A stretch of 13,043 nt of DNA from Armatimonadota bacterium (lineage in GTDB: Bacteria > Armatimonadota > Armatimonadia > Armatimonadales > Armatimonadaceae), in assembly GCA_043754515.1 (NCBI GenBank), contig JAYUUO010000108.1, forward strand, positions 1 through 13,043, read 5' to 3'. Positions 7,294 through 13,043 of the stretch are shown here, piece by piece. The position numbers and the translations under genes are program-made. Position 1 is the stretch's first letter. Each line of letters opens with the position of its first letter. Below the pieces are notes generated by a model. That model searched no databases and was not told where the DNA came from. It saw only the letters and a list, made by a program, of their open reading frames with translations.

Positions 7294-7318
7294 TTAATAT
7301 TTAACATGCTCTTAACAT
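7294..7318 (+). promoter_or_regulatory. Pho-box-like direct repeat
   Basis: TTAACAT at 7301-7307 and 7312-7318 (11-bp period), plus TTAATAT at 7294-7300. It sits around the -35 position of the pstS promoter. Confidence 0.7.
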
Positions 7319-7334
7319 TCCAGTGGTTTTGACG

Positions 7335-7343
7335 TGCTACAAT
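7335..7343 (+). promoter_or_regulatory. Extended -10 promoter (TGcTACAAT) of the pst operon
   Basis: TG-C-TACAAT at 7335-7343, just downstream of the Pho-box-like repeats and about 95 nt upstream of the pstS ATG. Confidence 0.6.
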
Positions 7344-7439
7344 TGCTTTCAGGGCGGTGGTTAACAGTTGTTGGCCTTCTCACAAACCCCGCATGACAAA
7401 TTATTTGCCCGTTTGACACGCAAGGACGTCTTCCTCACG

Positions 7440-8384
7440 ATGAACTACATCACCTATACTCGCCGCGCCGCCCTGATCGCCGTGGCACTCGCTACCCTCC
7501 CGCTCCTCGCCGGTTGCCCCCCGCCCCAGGCGAAAAATGATGGCGGTGCCCCCGCCACCGGGAGCACGACCACAACCGGGGGAGGCACGACCGGCTCTAG
7601 CACTAAGGACGCCCTGACGATCAAGGGTTCCGAGACCCTGCTCCCACTCGCCAAGGAGTGGACCGCGGAGTTCGCCAAAGCGAACCCCGGCGCGAACATC
7701 ACCGTCTCTGGCGGCGGGTCGGGCCAGGGGATCGCCGCGCTGATAGCGGGCACGACCGACATCGCCGACGCGTCGCGCAAGATCGAGGGCAAAGAGACCG
7801 GTATGGCCAAAGCGAAGGGCATTACTGTTAAAGAGGTTGCGGTCGCGAAAGACGGCATCACGATCATCGTGAACCCGAAGAACCCGATCAAATCGCTCAC
7901 GCTCCAGCAACTCGCCGACATCTACACCGGCAAGACCAAGAACTGGAAGGAGGTCGGCGGCGCGGACCAGAAGATCGTCGCCTCCGGGCGCGATTCCTCG
8001 TCCGGCACCTACTCTTACTTCAAAGAGGAAGTGCTGAAGAAAGTGGATTACCGCGCCGACATGATCTCGAATGGTGCCAACCCGCCGATCGCCACCAACG
8101 TCGCGCAGAACGCGGGCGGTATCGGCTACCTGGGCGTTTCCTTCGCGGGCGAGTACACCCGGAAGGGCGTGGTTAAAGAGGTGCCTATCTCGTTCGCGGC
8201 GGGCCAGCCCGCGATCCTGCCGACTGCGGAGAACGTCCACTCCGGCAAGTACCCGATCTCGCGCTCCCTATATAATTACGTCTCGGGCGAGCCGACCGGC
8301 ACCGCGAAGGCGTACCTCGACTTCGTGACTGGCGAAGCGGGCCAGAAGATTGTCGAGAAGCAAGGCTACATCACGCTGAAGTAG
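7440..8384 (+). CDS. pstS: Phosphate ABC transporter substrate-binding lipoprotein PstS
   Basis: Likely start ATG 7440 (AAGGA at 7422-7426). Signal peptide with lipobox LAGC. Motifs KGSETL, GGGSGQGI, DIADASR, RDSSSGT, GIGY and YPISRSLY. First gene of pstSCAB-phoU. Confidence 0.93.
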   Translation: MNYITYTRRAALIAVALATLPLLAGCPPPQAKNDGGAPATGSTTTTGGGTTGSSTKDALTIKGSETLLPLAKEWTAEFAKANPGANITVSGGGSGQGIAALIAGTTDIADASRKIEGKETGMAKAKGITVKEVAVAKDGITIIVNPKNPIKSLTLQQLADIYTGKTKNWKEVGGADQKIVASGRDSSSGTYSYFKEEVLKKVDYRADMISNGANPPIATNVAQNAGGIGYLGVSFAGEYTRKGVVKEVPISFAAGQPAILPTAENVHSGKYPISRSLYNYVSGEPTGTAKAYLDFVTGEAGQKIVEKQGYITLK

Positions 8385-8401
8385 GAAGGCACCACCCGGA
8401 T

Positions 8402-8433
8402 GCGGGGAGCTACGGCGGGTCCGCGCTCCCCGC
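8402..8433 (+). other. Intercistronic stem-loop after pstS
   Basis: GCGGGGAGC (8402-8410) and GCTCCCCGC (8425-8433) form a perfect 9-bp stem, followed by TGTT. Confidence 0.6.
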
Positions 8434-8459
8434 TGTTCAACGACACCGGGACGATTATC

Positions 8460-9452
8460 ATGGCAGTAACAACCGCGAGCACCCACAAATCTTCCGGCGC
8501 GAGTGGGGCACTGACCTCGCGCCGGGCACCGCTCGCCGTGTTCGGCGAGAAGTTGATCACGGGCTGGATCTACGCCTGTGGGTTGCTGTCCATCGTGCTC
8601 GTGCTTCTGATATTGCTTTTCATCGCCAAAGAAGCGTTCCCGCTCTTCGGCGAGTACAACTTCGGCAAGTTCCTGACTGAAACCCGCTGGAACCCGACCT
8701 CCGACGTGCCGCGCTTCGGGCTGGTCCCGCTCCTGCTGTCGTCGCTCCTGGTCACGCTGGGCGCGGTCGCGGTGGCGATCCCGCTAGGACTTGCGACCGC
8801 TATCTACCTCGCGGAGATCGCCCCGGCGCGGGTGCGCGACATCGTGAAGCCCGCCGTGGAGCTGCTCGCGGCGATCCCTTCGGTGGTGCTCGGCTTCTTC
8901 GGATTCACCGTACTCGCCCCCGCGCTCGCGCACACGTTCAAGTTGGACACGGGGACGACCATGATTGCCGGTTCGATCACGCTGGCGTTCATGGCGATCC
9001 CGACCATCGCGACGATCTCCGAGGACGCCCTGTCAGCCGTCGGGCGGGAACTGAAACAGGGTAGCCTCGCGCTCGGGGCGACGCGCTGGGAGACTATTCG
9101 GCGCGTTTCCGTCCCGGCGGCGTTCTCCGGGATCATCGCGGCGGTGATGCTCGGCGTCGGGCGCGCCATCGGCGAAACGATGGTGGTGCTGATGGTCACC
9201 GGGAACGGCGTCGGGGCGTCCCTAACAACGATGATGAACAATCCGGTCAAAGGGTTTACGAACCTGTTCCCCGCGTACGGCGAGGTGTGCCGCACGATCA
9301 CGGCGACCATCGCGGCGGAGATGGGCGAGGCCCCGACCGGCACCGCGCATTACCACGCGCTGTTCATGCTGGGCATCGTGCTATTCATTATCACTTTTAT
9401 AATCAACTTGGTGGCCAGTTACGCGCTCCGAAAAGGGCAGTTGCAACAATGA
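8460..9452 (+). CDS. pstC: Phosphate ABC transporter permease PstC
   Basis: Likely start ATG 8460. Motifs WNPT...FGLVPLL, VELLAAIPSVVLGFFG, EAA-type loop SLALGATRWET, GRAIGETMV and TIAAEMGEA. Confidence 0.94.
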   Translation: MAVTTASTHKSSGASGALTSRRAPLAVFGEKLITGWIYACGLLSIVLVLLILLFIAKEAFPLFGEYNFGKFLTETRWNPTSDVPRFGLVPLLLSSLLVTLGAVAVAIPLGLATAIYLAEIAPARVRDIVKPAVELLAAIPSVVLGFFGFTVLAPALAHTFKLDTGTTMIAGSITLAFMAIPTIATISEDALSAVGRELKQGSLALGATRWETIRRVSVPAAFSGIIAAVMLGVGRAIGETMVVLMVTGNGVGASLTTMMNNPVKGFTNLFPAYGEVCRTITATIAAEMGEAPTGTAHYHALFMLGIVLFIITFIINLVASYALRKGQLQQ

Positions 9453-10387
9453 GTGTTCCGTCCAGGCTCATGCGCTCGCAGGAAACCTCCGCGCGGCTCG
9501 GGTTCGAGAAGTTCATGTTCGCCCTGATGGGACTCGGCGCGCTCTGTGTCGTGGTGCCGATGCTGTTCATTTTCGGGAGTCTGCTTTGGGGTGGCCTCGG
9601 CAAGTTGTTCACACCCGGCTTTCTGACGCTCCCGCCCGCCGACGGGGATACGGCGGGCGGCATCGGGCCGCAGATCGCGGGAACGTTCGCGCTGATGATC
9701 GGCACGATCATCCTCGCCCTGCCGCTCGGCATTTCGGCGGCAGTCTATCTGACCGAGTACGCAAGCCGGGGTCCGGTGACGCGGGTAATCCGAATGGCGA
9801 TTATCAACCTCGCCGGGGTGCCGTCCATCGTTCACGGCCTGTTCGGGCTGGGGCTTTTCGTCTACTTCCTGGGCGCGTGGCTCGACTACTTCGGCGGGTT
9901 CACGAAGCGGCACGTCTGGCAAGGCTCGACCCTGCTCTGGGGCGCGGCGACGCTCGCGGTGCTGGTGCTCCCGGTGATCATCACGACCACCGAGGAGGCA
10001 CTCAAAACCGTGCCGCGCTCGTTCCGCGAAGGGGCCGCGGGTCTCGGCGCGACGAAGTGGCAGACGATCTGGAAGGTGGTATTGCCCGCCGCCCTGCCCG
10101 GCATTCTGACTGGCGCGATCCTGGCCATCGGGCGCGCGGCGGGCGAGACGGCTCCGATCATTCTCACGGCGGTGGTTGCGGCTAAAACACGCTATTCGAT
10201 AATCCCGGCTTTGTACGAGCCGGTACTCGCGCTACCATACCACCTTTATTACCTAGTCACGCAGGTGGTGGGCGCGACGCCCGCGCTCCAGTACGGCACG
10301 GCGTTGACGTTGCTCCTGATCGTGTTCGCGGTCAACTTGGTGGCGATTACGATACGGGCGCGGCTCCGCAAGGCGCGTAAATGGTGA
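9449..10387 (+). CDS. pstA: Phosphate ABC transporter permease PstA
   Basis: ATGA overlap with the pstC stop (9449-9452). Motifs [52 protein letters not shown] and RAAGETAPI. Confidence 0.94.
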   Translation: MSVPSRLMRSQETSARLGFEKFMFALMGLGALCVVVPMLFIFGSLLWGGLGKLFTPGFLTLPPADGDTAGGIGPQIAGTFALMIGTIILALPLGISAAVYLTEYASRGPVTRVIRMAIINLAGVPSIVHGLFGLGLFVYFLGAWLDYFGGFTKRHVWQGSTLLWGAATLAVLVLPVIITTTEEALKTVPRSFREGAAGLGATKWQTIWKVVLPAALPGILTGAILAIGRAAGETAPIILTAVVAAKTRYSIIPALYEPVLALPYHLYYLVTQVVGATPALQYGTALTLLLIVFAVNLVAITIRARLRKARKW

Positions 10388-10439
10388 CCCGCCGATCCCG
10401 CCGGGCACACGACGGACAGACAGACAGGGGAGACAGACT

Positions 10440-11333
10440 ATGACGAGCAATAATAAAACCAGGGAAGCGCCGGGGGCGGCGTTACGTAACGGTGTCGGGG
10501 TGGCCAGCGGCACGAACGCCGGGTCGGTGACGCTCGGCAAAGGGAGCGAATACCCCGACGCGCCGGGCACGATCCCGGTACGTATCGAGACGAAAAACGT
10601 TGACTTCCACTACAGCGACGGCACGCACGCGCTGAAGAAGATCAGCATGCCGCTCTATGACCGGCGCATTACGGCACTGATCGGGCCGTCCGGTTGCGGC
10701 AAGTCCACCTTTCTGCGTTGCTTGAACCGCATGAACGAGGAGGTTGACCCCGGCTCGCGCGTGGACGGTCTGGTCGCGCTGGACGGAGTGGATATTTACA
10801 GCGCGGACGTTGACAAGCCGGAACTGCGCAAGCGGGTTGGGATGGTATTCCAGAAGCCGAACCCGTTCGGGATGAGCATCTACGACAACGTCGCGTTCGG
10901 GCCGCGACTTCACGGGAGTGGTAATAGAGAGGCGTTGGACGCGCTGGTGGAGCAGTGTTTACGACAGGCGTCCTTATGGGACGAGGTGAAGGACAAACTG
11001 AAGGCGTCGGCGTTCGCGCTGTCCGGCGGCCAGATGCAACGACTTTGCATCGCCCGCACTCTGGCGACGCGCCCCGAGGTGGTGCTGATGGACGAGCCGA
11101 CATCCGCGCTCGACCCGGCGTCCACGCAAAAGATAGAGGAACTGATGGACTCGCTCCGGCGCGAGTACACGATCGTGATCGTGACGCACAACATGCTACA
11201 GGCGAAGCGCATCAGCGATAACACAGGCTTCTTTTACAAGGGAGACCTGATCGAGTTCGGGCAGACGGATCAGGTGTTTATGAGACCGGAACATAAGCAG
11301 ACCGAAGATTATATCAAGGGAAAGTTCGGATGA
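10440..11333 (+). CDS. pstB: Phosphate ABC transporter ATP-binding protein PstB
   Basis: GGGGAG Shine-Dalgarno at 10427-10432. Motifs [59 protein letters not shown] and C-terminal [10 protein letters not shown]. Confidence 0.96.
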   Translation: MTSNNKTREAPGAALRNGVGVASGTNAGSVTLGKGSEYPDAPGTIPVRIETKNVDFHYSDGTHALKKISMPLYDRRITALIGPSGCGKSTFLRCLNRMNEEVDPGSRVDGLVALDGVDIYSADVDKPELRKRVGMVFQKPNPFGMSIYDNVAFGPRLHGSGNREALDALVEQCLRQASLWDEVKDKLKASAFALSGGQMQRLCIARTLATRPEVVLMDEPTSALDPASTQKIEELMDSLRREYTIVIVTHNMLQAKRISDNTGFFYKGDLIEFGQTDQVFMRPEHKQTEDYIKGKFG

Positions 11334-11356
11334 TCCCTTCCGCGCGGCGGGGGGGA
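11334..11356 (+). other. Intercistronic stem-loop between pstB and phoU
   Basis: TCCCTTCCGC-GCG-GCGGGGGGGA forms a 10-bp stem with 2 G-U pairs, immediately before the phoU Shine-Dalgarno (GGGAG 11358-11362). Confidence 0.5.
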
Positions 11357-11367
11357 CGGGAGACACA

Positions 11368-12171
11368 ATGTCGCTTACACTAAATGGTTTACATTCGCTG
11401 AACGGGTCGCACGTGCCCTCCGACCTCGCGGGACTGAAATATACGGGAGATGAGGCGGCGGACTCGTCGCGGGCGGACTCGCTGGTCGAACTGCGCCGAC
11501 GCATGCTGGAAATGGGCGCGGCGACCGAGGAATTGGTACGCGATTCGCTCCGCGCTCTGACGGAGCAGGACGGGTCGCTCGCGGCGACGATCATGCCGCG
11601 CGACGACGTAGTGGACCGGATGGACATCGAGATTGAGGCGATGTGCTTGCGTCTCCTCGCCCTACCGCGCCCGTCTCCCGGTGACCTGCGCGTGATCAGT
11701 GCCGCGCTGAAGGTGATCACCGACATCGAGCGTATCGGCGACCACGCCGTGGACATCGCCAAGATCAGCCAGCGCATGGGGCGCGAGATGTACTACAAGC
11801 CGCTCGTGGATATCCCGCGCCTCGGCGAGATGACCCGGCAGATGCTCCATGACGCCCTGGAAGCGTTCGTCTACCGCGACCTAGCCCGCGTGGAGCGGGT
11901 GATCGCCGGGGATGACAACGTGGACGCGCTGTACGCCCGGATGCGAAAGGAGTTGCAACTGATCATGCAGGAGGACCCGTCGTCCGTGTTGCAAGCCTCG
12001 TATCTGCTGTTCGTCGCGCACTACCTGGAGCGGATCTGCGACCACTGCACCAATATAGCCGAGCGGGTGGCTTTTATGGAGACGGGCGAAGTGAAACACG
12101 CATCCACGAAAAAGGCACCCAAAGACTTGCCCCCGCTCCCGCCCGTGCGCGCGTCCTCGAGCGGGGACTGA
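11368..12171 (+). CDS. phoU: Phosphate signalling complex protein PhoU
   Basis: Two PhoU repeats: DDVVDRMD...DLR...DIERIGDHAVDIA and DDNVDALY...YLERICDHCTNIAERV. Follows pstB. Confidence 0.95.
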   Translation: MSLTLNGLHSLNGSHVPSDLAGLKYTGDEAADSSRADSLVELRRRMLEMGAATEELVRDSLRALTEQDGSLAATIMPRDDVVDRMDIEIEAMCLRLLALPRPSPGDLRVISAALKVITDIERIGDHAVDIAKISQRMGREMYYKPLVDIPRLGEMTRQMLHDALEAFVYRDLARVERVIAGDDNVDALYARMRKELQLIMQEDPSSVLQASYLLFVAHYLERICDHCTNIAERVAFMETGEVKHASTKKAPKDLPPLPPVRASSSGD

Positions 12172-12193
12172 TGGCGATGCGCCCGTCGTACGC

Positions 12194-12859
12194 TTAAACG
12201 GTCGGGAGGTGTTGCATTTCGGGCGTCGGCGGCGCGGCGGGCGTGACGTTCGCCTCCGCTACTATCTGGACAGGCTCCGGCGGCGTCAACTCCGTGATCA
12301 CCGGCTCTGCGGGATCCGCCGGGTCGCCGACGTTATGCCGGGCGATCTCGGTCGCGCCGTACTTCTCCAAAAGGATCATCGCTTCGCCAGCCGGTTCGTG
12401 ACGCGAGTTAACGGAGACTAACGTGTCGCCTCGGCTGATCGCCCCCGCGTAGATGTTTGCCCTGTCGGCGGGCACGCCCTGGTCTACCAGGTAGCCGACC
12501 ACGCCGCCGAGTGCCGCGCCCGCCGCGCCGGTAGCCGCCGCCGCGCCGAACGCGGCCCAGAGCGGCCCCGCCGCGAGGATAGGCCCTACGCCGGGGACGG
12601 TCAGCATGACGGCACCAGCGAGGACGCCGAGCGCGATCCCGACCGCGCCGCCTTTCAAGGCTCCGGCGGTCGCGTCCTGGGGCGTCGTCACCGTGATACC
12701 ACGTGAGCCGCCCTCCTCGATCTCGGGTAAACCCTTCCCGTCGGAGCGGCGCACCACGGAGATCTCGTCGTCGCGCACCCCGTGATCCTTCAAAGCCGAG
12801 ATTGCTCGCTCCGCGTACTCCGCGTTGCTAAAAATGCCATAAACCTGTTCGTACCGCAT
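12194..12859 (-). CDS. General stress protein, YflT/17M-like N-terminus with glycine-zipper membrane segment
   Basis: Likely start ATG 12859, with GGAGG 7 nt upstream. Sequence VYGIFSNAEYAERAISALKDHGVRDDEISVV...GALKGGAVG...VPGVGPILAAGPL...GGVVGYLVDQGVP..RA..Y...I.RG..LVSV is typical of this family. Pro/Glu-rich tail. Confidence 0.8.
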   Translation of the reverse strand: MRYEQVYGIFSNAEYAERAISALKDHGVRDDEISVVRRSDGKGLPEIEEGGSRGITVTTPQDATAGALKGGAVGIALGVLAGAVMLTVPGVGPILAAGPLWAAFGAAAATGAAGAALGGVVGYLVDQGVPADRANIYAGAISRGDTLVSVNSRHEPAGEAMILLEKYGATEIARHNVGDPADPAEPVITELTPPEPVQIVAEANVTPAAPPTPEMQHLPTV

Positions 12860-12909
12860 AATGGTGCCTCCTGATTCGGCAAGCCTGCTAATGAATGTCG
12901 TTTTATCAG

Positions 12910-12935
12910 TTACCCACGCGGCGCGTACCGCAAAC
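12910..12935 (-). promoter_or_regulatory. sigmaB-type promoter candidate: GTTT-N16-GGGTAA
   Basis: Minus strand reads GTTT (12935-12932), gcggtacgcgccgcgt, GGGTAA (12915-12910), 50 nt upstream of the stress protein ATG. Confidence 0.6.
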
Positions 12936-13043
12936 AAGTTGCCTGCGGGACGGGTAGATCGCGTGTAGGGCGATTGCGTCGTAGTTTGGCCGATTATCCA
13001 ACGAGCGGGCGCGGGTACGGACGGCGGGTCGGTGGGTGTGGGC

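Noticed and set aside
7401..8240. 279-aa minus-strand ORF opposite pstS, and similar ORFs opposite pstCAB-phoU
   Set aside because: Codon-bias shadows of real genes; no independent coding evidence.
11374..11394. CTTACAC/TTTACAT pair at the start of phoU as an internal Pho box
   Set aside because: Spacing is 14 bp rather than 11, and it lies within coding sequence.
12860..13042. N-terminal extension of the stress protein (frame stays open to the window end; ORF track starts at 12937)
   Set aside because: A strong GGAGG and the family N-terminus support ATG 12859, and the extension would overlap the candidate promoter. Not formally excluded.
13007..13042. Five GGG tracts (possible G-quadruplex) at the window end
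   Set aside because: Common in GC-rich DNA, may be coding sequence of a neighbouring gene, and is truncated by the window edge.
12906..13043. Minus-strand frame containing LHAIYPSRRQL, resembling the C-terminus of CrgA-like LysR regulators
   Set aside because: Flanking residues do not fit the LysR pattern and the frame is cut by the window edge. Most likely chance; sequence beyond 13043 is needed to decide.

Overview
GC-rich bacterial window; an Armatimonadota-like origin is inferred from the VPEAGT-type PEP-CTERM tail and the PAS-fused RsbT-like kinase, and is not proven. Gene order: 3' part of a PEP-CTERM surface protein (+); tsaE-tsaB (+; no rimI/tsaD adjacent); a translationally coupled minus-strand pair encoding a PAS-PAS-PAS-GAF-GAF-PP2C(SpoIIE/RsbU-type) phosphatase and a PAS-PAS-RsbT/RsbW-like GHKL Ser/Thr kinase; an orphan FecE/HmuV/BtuD-type ABC ATPase (+); a complete pstSCAB-phoU operon (+) preceded by a degenerate ~26-bp tandem repeat, an 11-bp-spaced TTAACAT Pho-box-like pair and an extended -10; and a YflT-like glycine-zipper general stress protein (-) preceded by a good sigmaB-type promoter match (GTTT-N16-GGGTAA). 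The most interesting signal is a possible sigmaB-like partner-switching stress system: kinase and phosphatase each carry their own sensors, and a candidate target promoter lies in the same window. The STAS substrate and sigma factor are not in view. No rRNA, tRNA, CRISPR array or transposase was recognised.
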